NCBI GenBank assembly: GCA_964472505.1
Contig: CAYYQW010000003.1
Coordinates: 4,249 to 68,248, forward strand
Direction of reading: 5' to 3'
Source: an uncultured Bacteroidaceae bacterium
GTDB taxonomy: Bacteria > Bacteroidota > Bacteroidia > Bacteroidales > JAADGE01
DNA: 64,000 nucleotides
This document shows, piece by piece, positions 27,243-36,812 of this stretch. Every line of letters begins with the position of its first letter. The first letter of the stretch is position 1. The position numbers and the translations under genes were made by a program. The notes beneath the pieces were generated by a model, which saw only the letters and a list, made by a program, of their open reading frames with translations, ran no database searches and was not told the origin of the DNA.

Positions 27243-28790
27243 TTACAAATCAAATTTAATGCCTTGTGCCAAAGGCAACTCTTTACTGTAATTTATCGTG
27301 TTGGTTTGTCGGCGCATATACACTTTCCATGCATCCGAGCCGGATTCGCGTCCGCCGCCGGTATCTTTTTCGCCGCCGAATGCACCGCCGATTTCAGCAC
27401 CCGAAGTTCCGATATTTACATTGGCAATACCGCAATCCGAGCCTGTTTCGGCAAGGAATAAGTTAGCTTCGCGCATATCGCGTGTAAAACATGCCGATGA
27501 TAATCCTTGCGGAACATCGTTTTGAATGTCAATGGCGTTTTGAATATCGCCTTTATATTTAATCAAATAAACGATGGGCGCAAAGGTTTCTTCCTGTACA
27601 ATTTTGTAATGATTTTCAGCTTCGGCAATGCAAGGCATTACATAGTTTCCGGAAGGCATACCTTTCAATACTTCTCCGCCGAAGAGGATTTTTCCGCCTT
27701 CTTTTTCCACTTCTTTAACAGCGGTTGTGAAAGCTTCAATTCCGTATTTGTCAATCACCGGGCCTACCAATGTATCTTCATCCAAGGGGTCGCCAATGCG
27801 GCCGTCTAAGCTTTTGTAAGCATTTACCAAACGGTCGCGAACCTGATCGTAAACATTTTCGTGAATGATAATACGGCGTGTTGATGTACAGCGTTGTCCG
27901 GCCGTCCCTACGGTACCGAATACCGTTGAACTTATGGCCAAATCCAAGTCGGCTTTATCACTTACGACTACCGCATTATTACCGCCCAATTCCAATATGG
28001 TTTTCCCCAATCGTTTGCCTACAATGCCGCCTACACGTTGGCCTACGGCTGTAGAACCGGTTACCGAAAGCAAAGGTATGCGTTTGTCGCCCACAAAATT
28101 GTCGCCCATTACCGATGATTTTGCAATTACCAAGTTAAATACACCCTCGGGCACATTTTCTTCTTTCAGAACGCTTTGAATCACATTGGTAGTAGCTATG
28201 GCCGTGAGCGGAGTTTTTGAAGACGGTTTCCAAACCACTACATCGCCGGCTGCTACAGCTAAAGCCGAATTCCAAGCCCAAACGGCTACCGGAAAGTTAA
28301 AAGAAGTTACCAAGCCTACAATTCCCAGCGGATGGTATTGTTCGTACATGTGATGCTCCGGCCGCTCTGAGTTCAGCGTAATGCCGTTCATGGTTCGAGC
28401 TTGTCCTACGGCAAAATCACAGATATCAATCATTTCCTGAACTTCGCCTAAACCTTCCTGATAAATTTTGCCCATTTCGTAACTTACCAATGCGCCGAGG
28501 TCTTCTTTATGTTCGCGCAAAGCCAAACCTATTTTACGAACCACTTCAGCACGTTGAGGAGCCGGAACGCTGCGCCATTCTTTGAAAGTAGCTTGCGCTT
28601 TTTTTATTACGGACTCATAATCGTCCATGGTAGCATTTTTAACTTTGGCAATGAGTTTATCATCGGCAGGGGAGTATGATTCGGTTACGGCACCTTCCGT
28701 ATCCATCCATTTTTGTCCGGTGCATACCCCCGGATTAATATCTTTGATTCCAAGATTTTTCAGAACTTTTTTTATGTCAATTTTTGCCAT
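27243..28790 (-). CDS. aldehyde dehydrogenase, ALDH7-like (aminoadipate-semialdehyde/piperideine-6-carboxylate dehydrogenase type)
   Basis: 515 aa. ELGGNNA, catalytic Cys context GTAGQRCTSTRR, and an N-terminus similar to ALDH7 family members. Confidence 0.75.
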   Translation of the reverse strand: MAKIDIKKVLKNLGIKDINPGVCTGQKWMDTEGAVTESYSPADDKLIAKVKNATMDDYESVIKKAQATFKEWRSVPAPQRAEVVRKIGLALREHKEDLGALVSYEMGKIYQEGLGEVQEMIDICDFAVGQARTMNGITLNSERPEHHMYEQYHPLGIVGLVTSFNFPVAVWAWNSALAVAAGDVVVWKPSSKTPLTAIATTNVIQSVLKEENVPEGVFNLVIAKSSVMGDNFVGDKRIPLLSVTGSTAVGQRVGGIVGKRLGKTILELGGNNAVVVSDKADLDLAISSTVFGTVGTAGQRCTSTRRIIIHENVYDQVRDRLVNAYKSLDGRIGDPLDEDTLVGPVIDKYGIEAFTTAVKEVEKEGGKILFGGEVLKGMPSGNYVMPCIAEAENHYKIVQEETFAPIVYLIKYKGDIQNAIDIQNDVPQGLSSACFTRDMREANLFLAETGSDCGIANVNIGTSGAEIGGAFGGEKDTGGGRESGSDAWKVYMRRQTNTINYSKELPLAQGIKFDL

Positions 28791-28820
28791 TATTTTTTGT
28801 TTTTAAGTTTTATGTCAATT

Positions 28821-28851
28821 AAAAAAAGCCGAGATACATAAGTATCTCGGC
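28821..28851 (-). terminator. rho-independent terminator downstream of pruA
   Basis: Minus sense reads gccgagatac-ttat-gtatctcggc (a perfect 10-bp stem) followed by T7. Confidence 0.75.
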
Positions 28852-28868
28852 ATGTTAAATGTGTTTAT

Positions 28869-30503
28869 TTATTCTTTATCCATATAAGGATATTTATAAT
28901 CAACCGGGGGCACAAAAGTTTCTTTTATTGTGCGTGAGTTCACCCAACGTACAAGGTTCAGATAACTTCCGGCTTTATCATTGGTTCCGGATGCTCTGGC
29001 ACCTCCGAAGGGTTGTTGATTTACAACGGCTCCGGTGGGTTTGTCATTGATGTAGAAATTACCTGAAGCATAGCGCAATGCATCGTAAGCTTTGATAACA
29101 GCTTTACGGTCTTGTGCAAATATCGCTCCCGTCAATGAATACGGTGAGGTAGTATCGCATAATTTGAGGGTTTCTTCATATTTGTTATCATCATAAACAA
29201 AAATGGTGATAACCGGGCCAAAAATTTCTTCTTCCATGGTAACAAAATGCGGGTCTTTTGCTACAATTACGGTTGGTTCTATGAAGTAGCCTTTGGACTT
29301 GTCGCATTTTCCGCCCAATATAATTTCAGCATCTTTGCTTTCTTTGGCTTTGTCAATATAGTCTTTGATGCTGTCGAAAGCGGCTTCGTCAATAACGGCG
29401 GAAACAAAATTACTGAAATCCGTAACACTGCCCATTTTCATTTCTTTTAGGTCAGCTTCCAAACCGCTGCGCACGTCGTTCCAAAGTGATTCGGGAATAT
29501 AAGCGCGAGATGCAGCAGAGCATTTTTGTCCCTGATATTCAAAAGCACCGCGTGTTATTGCTGTAATCAAGGGTTTGACTTCTGCCGATTGATGAGCAAA
29601 AATAAAGTCTTTTCCGCCGGTTTCACCTACTATTCGCGGATAGGCTCTGTAGTTTGACATATTGTTCACGATTTCTTTCCAAAAATGGTTGAAAGTCCAT
29701 GTAGAGCCTGTAAAGTGAACCCCTGCAAAATGTTCTGAGGGGAATATTTCTTTTCCGATTACGGAACCTCTGCCGGGCAAGAAGTTGATAACGCCGTCGG
29801 GCATTCCGGCTTCTTTATATATCTGCATTAAATAATAATTAGATAAAATGGCAGTTGTAGCCGGTTTCCAAACAACTACATTACCCATAAGCGCAGGTGC
29901 CATGCTTAAGTTGGAAGCAATTGCGGTAAAATTGAATGGCGTAATTGCGAAAATAAAGCCTTCTAAAGCACGATACTCCATACGGTTCAAAATACCGTCT
30001 GAGCTGTCCGGTTGGTCAGCATAGATTTGTGAAGCATAATGCGTGTTAAAACGCAGAAAATCAATTGTTTCGCATGCAGAATCAATTTCCGCCTGAAATG
30101 CGGTTTTTCCTTGTCCAAGCATGGTTGCGGCATTCATCAGAGCGCGGTACTTGGTTGCAATAAGTTCTGCCACTTTTAATACGATTGAGGCTCTTTCTTC
30201 AAAGCGCATATCTGCCCATTCTTTACGTGCTTCCTGCGATGCAGCAATGGCTTGTTGTACGTGTTCGGCCTGTGCTTTGTGATAAGTTGCCAATACATGG
30301 CTGTGGTCTTCGGGCATCGTTACTTTGCCTGTATCTCCCGATTTTATTTCTTTTCCGCCTATTATTAACGGAATTTCAATGCTTTGGGATTTTAATTCGT
30401 CCAATTTTGCTTGGAGTTCTTTTCTTTCTTTTGAACCGGGAGCGTAAGTTAAATTAGGCTCATTCTTCGGTTTCGGGAAATTAAAGATGGCATTGTTTAT
30501 CAT
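28869..30503 (-). CDS. pruA: L-glutamate gamma-semialdehyde (1-pyrroline-5-carboxylate) dehydrogenase
   Basis: 544 aa. GETGGKDF, GQKCSAASR, and the ALDH4-like N-terminus NEPNLTYAPGSKERKEL. Confidence 0.8.
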   Translation of the reverse strand: MINNAIFNFPKPKNEPNLTYAPGSKERKELQAKLDELKSQSIEIPLIIGGKEIKSGDTGKVTMPEDHSHVLATYHKAQAEHVQQAIAASQEARKEWADMRFEERASIVLKVAELIATKYRALMNAATMLGQGKTAFQAEIDSACETIDFLRFNTHYASQIYADQPDSSDGILNRMEYRALEGFIFAITPFNFTAIASNLSMAPALMGNVVVWKPATTAILSNYYLMQIYKEAGMPDGVINFLPGRGSVIGKEIFPSEHFAGVHFTGSTWTFNHFWKEIVNNMSNYRAYPRIVGETGGKDFIFAHQSAEVKPLITAITRGAFEYQGQKCSAASRAYIPESLWNDVRSGLEADLKEMKMGSVTDFSNFVSAVIDEAAFDSIKDYIDKAKESKDAEIILGGKCDKSKGYFIEPTVIVAKDPHFVTMEEEIFGPVITIFVYDDNKYEETLKLCDTTSPYSLTGAIFAQDRKAVIKAYDALRYASGNFYINDKPTGAVVNQQPFGGARASGTNDKAGSYLNLVRWVNSRTIKETFVPPVDYKYPYMDKE

Positions 30504-30865
30504 ATCTGTATGTATTTAATTGATTAAAACTATTTTTAGGACAAATTTAATAAAATATGCTCACTTACGGAAGAAAAACTATATGAGTTTAGTCATTATA
30601 AATATGATTAATAAATGTTTTGAGTTTTATAACTTGCATCTAATCAAGATTATGAAGGGTTTAGTTCATTTGATTTTATAAAACATTGTAAGCTTTTACT
30701 TACTTGGGAGTTCTTCGGGGAAATTATTTCGGGTACAGGTTTAAACGTTCTGTCGCAGCTTTTTTAAGGGTGTTGAAGCTTTCTTTTTTGAACTCATAGT
30801 GAAAAAGAGAATGGGGTGAATTTCACAGAGTTACATTGAGTTGATTATTAACCTGAAACTCTCTC

Positions 30866-30898
30866 AAAAAAAAACTGCAAGCCAATGCGGCCTGCAGT
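30866..30898 (-). terminator. rho-independent terminator downstream of the S8 protease gene
   Basis: Minus sense reads aactgcaggcc-gcatt-ggcttgcagtt followed by T9. Confidence 0.75.
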
Positions 30899-30925
30899 TC
30901 TTCTGTTTAACTGTTAATCTGCTTA

Positions 30926-33900
30926 TTACTGGATAATAAGACGTTTGGAGGTGAGTTTTCTTCCGTCGTTAATTTTTACGGTATAAACTCCCGATGCCAA
31001 TGATGACACATCTATGCTCTCATCAGCAGTAATATTTATATGCTTCACAAGCGATCCGCTTATGTTGTAAACAGATACTTTCGCATTGCTGTTTTCGGGC
31101 ATATTAATTTGGAACTTATTATTTGCGGGGTTTGGGTATAAAACAAAGCTCGATGTCTCATTTCCGATCTCTTCTCCGAAACTTGTTACTGAGAAGAAGT
31201 TTGTACCGCTACCGGTTAAGTTTACGGCATAGTCTTCTACTTCTCCGTATGTAAATGTTTCGCAAGGACTTGCCGCTGAGTTGTATTTCATACTAACGCG
31301 CATGCGTGTGGTTCCTTCGCTTGCTCCGGAAGGCACGGTAAATGTACCCGAGAGTGTTCCGCTGCTGCTTGATGATCCGGCAACAACTTCTTCGCCTGCA
31401 TCTCCAAAATCACCGTTGCGGTTGAAGTCGATAAATACATGGAAATACTCCGTATAACTTGAGCCTGAGAATCCGGCACTGAAATTAATCGTGTATTGGT
31501 TTCCGACTGTCAGATCCGTTGAAAGATTTGTGTAGTCGGCATATCCGCCGTCGTTTCCGGTACTGTTGTTAATAGAACCTAATTGAACCAAATCAATCCA
31601 TTCGTAGGATGAGTTGTTTCCTTTGCTTGCGCAATATCCGTCGGGCATTGCTCCGCCGTCGCCGGGGGTATCACCTGATCCGCTGATGCAGAAGCTTGTA
31701 GTTTCGGAAGAACCAAAGTCGCCTCCGGTTACAATTACATTTCCGTTTCCGTCGGTAAGGGTGTAAGAACCGCTTCCGTATGAACAGCAGATACCGTCAC
31801 CATAACTGTCGTTGATAGTAAAGCTGTAATCACCGTCGGTCAGGTTAAAATTCTCAGTTACCGTAGCACCTTTGCTGCTGTATCCGCTTCCGGAAGCTAC
31901 TGTATTTCCGGATGCATCTTTTAAACTCCAGCTTGTTTCCGCCGGATAATTATCAAGTGTCAGGTCTAAAGTTACTGCGCTTACAAAGCAGTCCCCGGGT
32001 TGTGAGTCGTCAAGCGTACTTACATTTACGGTGTTGCTTGCTGCAGAAATATTTCCTGCGGCATCTTTAGCTTTTACGTAGAACGAATAAGTCGTGTTGG
32101 CCGTCAATCCGCTTACAGAAGCAGAGGTGCCCGAAACTGTGTTAATGAGACTTCCGTCTTGGTAAACATCATATCCGGTAACACTAACATTATCGCTTGA
32201 GGCACTCCAGCTTAAATCCAAGCTGCTCGTTGTAATGTTTGATGCAGCCAAATTGCTTGGTGCGGTCGGAGCTTCGGTATCATCGGCCTCAGTGGTTACG
32301 TTTATGGTATTACTTGCCGAGGAAATATTACCTGCGGCATCTTCAGCTTTTACATAAAAGTTGTACGAAGTGCCTTGCGACAGTCCGCTAATAGTTGTTG
32401 AGGTTCCGCTAACGGTAGCTTTCAACGATCCGTCTTGATATACTTTGTAGCCGGTTACGCCTACATTATCGCTTGATGCTGACCAGTTTAAATCTACACT
32501 TGTTTTTGTTACGTTCGAAGCGCTTAAATTCGTGGGGGCGGTGGGAGCTTCCGTATCGGGTGTGCTTCCGCCGAATTGCACGTTATAATCTTCTACTTCT
32601 CCGTATGAAAATGTTTCACAGGGCGTTTGTTCAGCGTTGTATTTCATACTTACACGCATACGTACCGTTCCGCTTGCATCGGAAGGAATGCTGATATTTC
32701 CGGTAACTTCTGTTTTGCTTAAAGCGCCGGCGTCAAAAGCCAGTTCGTCTGCAGTAAAAGTGGTGTCATTATTATAGTCAATCCATATTTTCCAGTACTC
32801 ATTATAAGTCGTTCCTGAAAAACCGGGTGTCAGGCTTACATTATAAGTTTGTCCGGCAGTCAGTTCTACTGTTTGACTTGTAAAATCGGTATATCCGGCA
32901 CCGTTGGATGTGTTTGTGAAGTCGCCTACTGTAACACCGGCAATCCATTCATAACTTGCATCGTTCCCGCCTGAGGTACAGAATGTTGTGGGCGGGGGTG
33001 CAGGAGCTGTTCCCGTTACTGCTGCATAAGCATTAAGCCTTCCGCTTCCGAGTTTTCCCGTATAGCTTGAGTTTTGAGCAGAAATGTCATCGGTGTATGT
33101 TTCCAGTCGATTTCTTACTTCCGAAGGGGTAATATTGCCGGCATACTGCGAAACAATAAGTGCTGCTACGCCTGATACATGTGGGCAAGCCATGGATGTA
33201 CCTGACATCATTTGGTAGGAATTTCCGGGTTTACAGCTGTAAATATCCGATCCGGGAGCTGCTATATCCACCCAGCTTCCGTAGTTTGAGAAACTTGAAC
33301 GCACATCGTTGTGGTCGGTTGATGCTACGGCAATGGCCGATGCATATTGTGCGGGCCATGTGCTGCTTCCGGTTGAGGTATTGGAGTTTCCGGCTGCAAA
33401 TACAACAACTCCGCCTTCCATAGGACTTCCGGCCGATCCGCCGTTGGCTATGAAATAATCAATGGCATCGTTAATGGATTGGCTTTCGCCGCCGCCGCCC
33501 CAGCTGTTTTGTGAAATGTGAGCGCCCATATCGGCAGCATAGATGAAACCTTCATCAAATCCGCCTTGGCTTGATGCTCCAAAAACTTGTACCGACATTA
33601 AACGTACACCGTCGTTATTCCCACTGCCTCCGGCAACGCCTGCAACGCCTGTTCCGTTATTGGTTTCGGCTGCTACTGTTCCGCCTACATGTGTTCCGTG
33701 TTCTCCCGGTTCAATTGGGCCTTTATTGTCGCCAAAATTATAACCGTAATAATCATCTACATAACCGTTGTTGTCATCATCAACTCCGTTACCCGGAGTT
33801 TCTCCTGAGTTTACCCACATATTTCCGCTTAGGTCATTATGGCTGTAATCAACACCTTGGTCTTGAATAGCAACAACTACATTCGAGTTACCTGTTTGAA

Positions 33901-34480
33901 TTTCCCAGGCTTCCGGCAGGTCAATATCGGCATCAGCCGTTCCGCCGCTTTGTCCGGTGTTGTGGTAGTGCCACTGGGTATCAAAAGAAGGGTCGTTGGG
34001 CATAAAAGCAGCTTCGGATTTAGTATAATCGCCGAGCGACATTTTTACAACCGGTTCCGAGATGCTTACGCCTCGTATTTGAGCAAAAGACTTCACGGTT
34101 TCATCTACCGAGCTTTTGCTTGAGAATTCTATTTCATACCAAAGGTGCAATCCAAACTCGCGATGCTTAGCTTCAAATTTTCCGGCATACCTGAATACTC
34201 TTCGGTAAGATACGGCGGAAAATTTTTGATTTAATTTATCAAATTTGGAAAGTCCGAGCGTAAGGTGTGAACTGCCTTTGGCTTTTTCAAGTTTATTTTT
34301 GAATTGTCCTTTTTCTGTAGTGAAAAGTGCATCAAAATCTTTGGCTGTTGTGCGGTCAATTTTAATTCGCACCAAGCCTTCGTAAAATCCGTCTTCATTT
34401 ACTTTTCTTTCTTGCGCACTTAGCGATGTAGTAAGAAAAATGCTGATTAGGAAAAAAGTAAAAAATTTAAAATAATTCAT
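30926..34480 (-). CDS. secreted S8 subtilisin-family protease with GEVED, 2x FN3, a Cys-rich middle domain, a second GEVED and a T9SS C-terminal sorting domain
   Basis: 1184 aa. Signal peptide present. Catalytic triad contexts are VVAIQDQGVD, GEHGTHVGGT and SGTSMACPHVSG. CETFSYGEVEDY and CETFTYGEVEDY mark the two GEVED domains. There are two 92-aa FN3 repeats. The C-terminus is LYPNPANNKF...SGVYTVKI. Confidence 0.85.
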   Translation of the reverse strand: MNYFKFFTFFLISIFLTTSLSAQERKVNEDGFYEGLVRIKIDRTTAKDFDALFTTEKGQFKNKLEKAKGSSHLTLGLSKFDKLNQKFSAVSYRRVFRYAGKFEAKHREFGLHLWYEIEFSSKSSVDETVKSFAQIRGVSISEPVVKMSLGDYTKSEAAFMPNDPSFDTQWHYHNTGQSGGTADADIDLPEAWEIQTGNSNVVVAIQDQGVDYSHNDLSGNMWVNSGETPGNGVDDDNNGYVDDYYGYNFGDNKGPIEPGEHGTHVGGTVAAETNNGTGVAGVAGGSGNNDGVRLMSVQVFGASSQGGFDEGFIYAADMGAHISQNSWGGGGESQSINDAIDYFIANGGSAGSPMEGGVVVFAAGNSNTSTGSSTWPAQYASAIAVASTDHNDVRSSFSNYGSWVDIAAPGSDIYSCKPGNSYQMMSGTSMACPHVSGVAALIVSQYAGNITPSEVRNRLETYTDDISAQNSSYTGKLGSGRLNAYAAVTGTAPAPPPTTFCTSGGNDASYEWIAGVTVGDFTNTSNGAGYTDFTSQTVELTAGQTYNVSLTPGFSGTTYNEYWKIWIDYNNDTTFTADELAFDAGALSKTEVTGNISIPSDASGTVRMRVSMKYNAEQTPCETFSYGEVEDYNVQFGGSTPDTEAPTAPTNLSASNVTKTSVDLNWSASSDNVGVTGYKVYQDGSLKATVSGTSTTISGLSQGTSYNFYVKAEDAAGNISSASNTINVTTEADDTEAPTAPSNLAASNITTSSLDLSWSASSDNVSVTGYDVYQDGSLINTVSGTSASVSGLTANTTYSFYVKAKDAAGNISAASNTVNVSTLDDSQPGDCFVSAVTLDLTLDNYPAETSWSLKDASGNTVASGSGYSSKGATVTENFNLTDGDYSFTINDSYGDGICCSYGSGSYTLTDGNGNVIVTGGDFGSSETTSFCISGSGDTPGDGGAMPDGYCASKGNNSSYEWIDLVQLGSINNSTGNDGGYADYTNLSTDLTVGNQYTINFSAGFSGSSYTEYFHVFIDFNRNGDFGDAGEEVVAGSSSSSGTLSGTFTVPSGASEGTTRMRVSMKYNSAASPCETFTYGEVEDYAVNLTGSGTNFFSVTSFGEEIGNETSSFVLYPNPANNKFQINMPENSNAKVSVYNISGSLVKHINITADESIDVSSLASGVYTVKINDGRKLTSKRLIIQ
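32006..32557 (-). repeat. tandem 276-nt coding duplication (two FN3 modules) inside the protease gene
   Basis: DTEAPTAPTNLSASNVTKTSVDLNWSASSDNVGVTGYKVYQDGS... compares with DTEAPTAPSNLAASNITTSSLDLSWSASSDNVSVTGYDVYQDGS.... The unit starts are at 32557 and 32281 on the minus strand. Confidence 0.7.
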
Positions 34481-34730
34481 ACAGTTTGTTTTTTAATTAT
34501 TAATAATTAATTGAATTAAAGATTATTGAAGAGAAATCAACTGCAAGATCTAAAGCATAGGATATGCACCACCTACTCATGAAAGGCATGAGTTAGAAAA
34601 AAGCTTGTTTTTCTTATATTGTATGTATGTCTATACCCCTTTGTATATTGCTGTTTCTTTGCTTACAGAGCTTTGTGGGCTGAATTGAAAAAAGAAATAC
34701 CACAAATTTTTGTAAAAGCTCATCAATAAT

Positions 34731-34760
34731 TTTGTTTTTAATAAAACTAAAGTACCTTTG
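34731..34760 (+). promoter_or_regulatory. orphan Bacteroidota-type promoter-like element (TTTG ... TACCTTTG)
   Basis: tttg at 34731-34734 and tacctttg at 34753-34760 are separated by 18 nt. They point rightwards into about 320 bp with no ORF. Confidence 0.3.
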
Positions 34761-35087
34761 CAAACCGAAAAATTAGAATGATCTAATTGAAGCCTGCATT
34801 AATTAGCGCTTTGATCGGGTTTTGAGATTAATTGCAAAAGTTTTTGGGATTAAAGAAATCCTGCTTTGTGCAATTGTTCCATGATAATTATTTGGTTAAA
34901 AAAGTTAACATTAAGAAAATGCTTTGTGGGGTTGCGGGTCAGATGATTTTCTCATACGCACACACATATTGAAAAATCTGCCTGTCCCCACGGTATTTTC
35001 CGTTAATTATTGCCAAAACTAATTAAAGTTTCTTAAAAAACAAATCTTTATCCGTATTTTTTGTTCGTTCGTCTTTCGGTAAGCAGC

Positions 35088-35765
35088 CTACATACTTTCT
35101 ATATTGCCGTCTCTTAGCCGAATAATGCGCTTAGCATGAGCAGCAATCTCTTCTTCGTGAGTTACAATAATAACTGTATTACCCGCTTTGTGAATATCTC
35201 CGAAAAGCTTCATTATATCATTAGAGGTTTTTGTATCTAAATTTCCGGTGGGTTCATCGGCCAAGATAATGGATGGTGAATTTACCAAAGCTCTTGCTAC
35301 GGCTACGCGTTGTCTTTGTCCGCCTGAGAGCTCATTGGGTTTGTGCATGATGCGGTCGGCCAGGTCAACACTTTGCAGAACTTCTTCGGCTCGTGCTTTG
35401 CGTTCGTTTTTCTTGTAACCGGCATATACCATGGGAAGCATTACATTCTCCAATGCCGAATATCTGGGCATCAGATTAAATGTCTGAAATACAAAGCCAA
35501 TTTCTTTATTTCGTGTTTCTGCGAGTTCATCGTCGCTCATGCCGCTGACATCGGTTCCGTTAAGAATGTATGTGCCTTTTGTGGGGCTGTCTAAGCATCC
35601 GATAATATTCATTAGCGTAGATTTGCCGGAGCCCGAGGGGCCCATAATGGCCATGTACTCTCCGCGCTTTACATCCATGCTTACGGAGCGCAATGCCTTA
35701 ATGGTTTGGGTTCCTACTCTGTAATGTCGAGCCAGATTCTCACACTGTATTACGTATTCGTTCAT
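35088..35765 (-). CDS. ABC transporter ATP-binding protein (MacB/LolD-like)
   Basis: Walker [10 protein letters not shown], signature [15 protein letters not shown], Walker [13 protein letters not shown]. The ORF-track start at 35798 is a TTG. The ATG at 35765 gives [11 protein letters not shown]. Confidence 0.85.
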   Translation of the reverse strand: MNEYVIQCENLARHYRVGTQTIKALRSVSMDVKRGEYMAIMGPSGSGKSTLMNIIGCLDSPTKGTYILNGTDVSGMSDDELAETRNKEIGFVFQTFNLMPRYSALENVMLPMVYAGYKKNERKARAEEVLQSVDLADRIMHKPNELSGGQRQRVAVARALVNSPSIILADEPTGNLDTKTSNDIMKLFGDIHKAGNTVIIVTHEEEIAAHAKRIIRLRDGNIESM

Positions 35766-35843
35766 TTTGGATGCTTTAGCTGTACAAGGATTTAACAATA
35801 TTCAGACAAATGTATGAATAAATACAGCCGTTTAAAATATTTT

Positions 35844-36647
35844 TTAATATCGAATGTCAAAATTTTGTTTGGAAAGCTCTTTTTTGAAGAAAACAATACC
35901 TATTTGGAACAGATTAACCGTTAGACTGACTGCTTTATCCTTTTTGATGATTTTCCAAGCATCATGCATGGATTTGGACCAATGAATATCATCAAAAATA
36001 AAAATAGAATCCTTATGTGCTTTGCTTTTGCATGCTTCAAAATAGGCGAGGGTAGCATCTTTTTGGTGGTTACCGTCAAAAAATACAAAATCAAGCTTTG
36101 GCAATTCTTTAAGAAGCTCGAACAGCGCATCGTCAAAATTTCGATTAATATGTGTAATGTTTTTCAGACCGGCTTGCGCATGCATTTTTTTTGCAACTTT
36201 AAGCCGTTCGCTGCAGGCTTCGATGGTAAAAAGTTTGGCTTCTTTTCGAGCCAAAGCCATATACAGACTGCTTATACCGAGTGAAGTGCCGAGTTCAAGA
36301 ATTATTTCCGGTTGAAAATAATTTACTAAGCGAAACAAGAGTTCACCATATTTTTGGCTTAGGGATGATTGGGCTGCAAGTTTGTTAAGTTTTACCGTTT
36401 TACGAGCTTTATACTTCCCGCCGGCACCCATATCCGTGATGCTAATAATTTGCTTGTTTTTATTTAATTGTCTTTTTACTTTTCGAACTGTATAGTAAGC
36501 ATGGAAATTTCCTCGGGTATTTAAAACAAGTCGAATAAGTTGCCATAAGAAGGGCGAATGAATGCCGTAGCCTTTTCGGTGTTTTGCACAAAGCTGATAT
36601 TGCAGATATTTTTGAATACGGAAAAATATATTTTTATAGTTTTGCAT
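35844..36647 (-). CDS. class I SAM-dependent methyltransferase (Methyltransf_24-like)
   Basis: 267 aa. ILELGTSLGISSLYMA (motif I-like) and FVFFDGNHQKDATLAYFE. Confidence 0.55.
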   Translation of the reverse strand: MQNYKNIFFRIQKYLQYQLCAKHRKGYGIHSPFLWQLIRLVLNTRGNFHAYYTVRKVKRQLNKNKQIISITDMGAGGKYKARKTVKLNKLAAQSSLSQKYGELLFRLVNYFQPEIILELGTSLGISSLYMALARKEAKLFTIEACSERLKVAKKMHAQAGLKNITHINRNFDDALFELLKELPKLDFVFFDGNHQKDATLAYFEACKSKAHKDSIFIFDDIHWSKSMHDAWKIIKKDKAVSLTVNLFQIGIVFFKKELSKQNFDIRY

Positions 36648-36812
36648 ACTGATTTTTGACTGAGATTATGATACGGTTCTCAAAAGTATAAAAAAATACC
36701 GTCATTAGGGAATATATAAGCTGAGTGGTTTTTTTTGATTATTTTAACAGTCTGATAATTGTAAATCAGCGGAAGTTTTATATTTTTAGCTAATTGCAAA
36801 AAAGAAAATATT

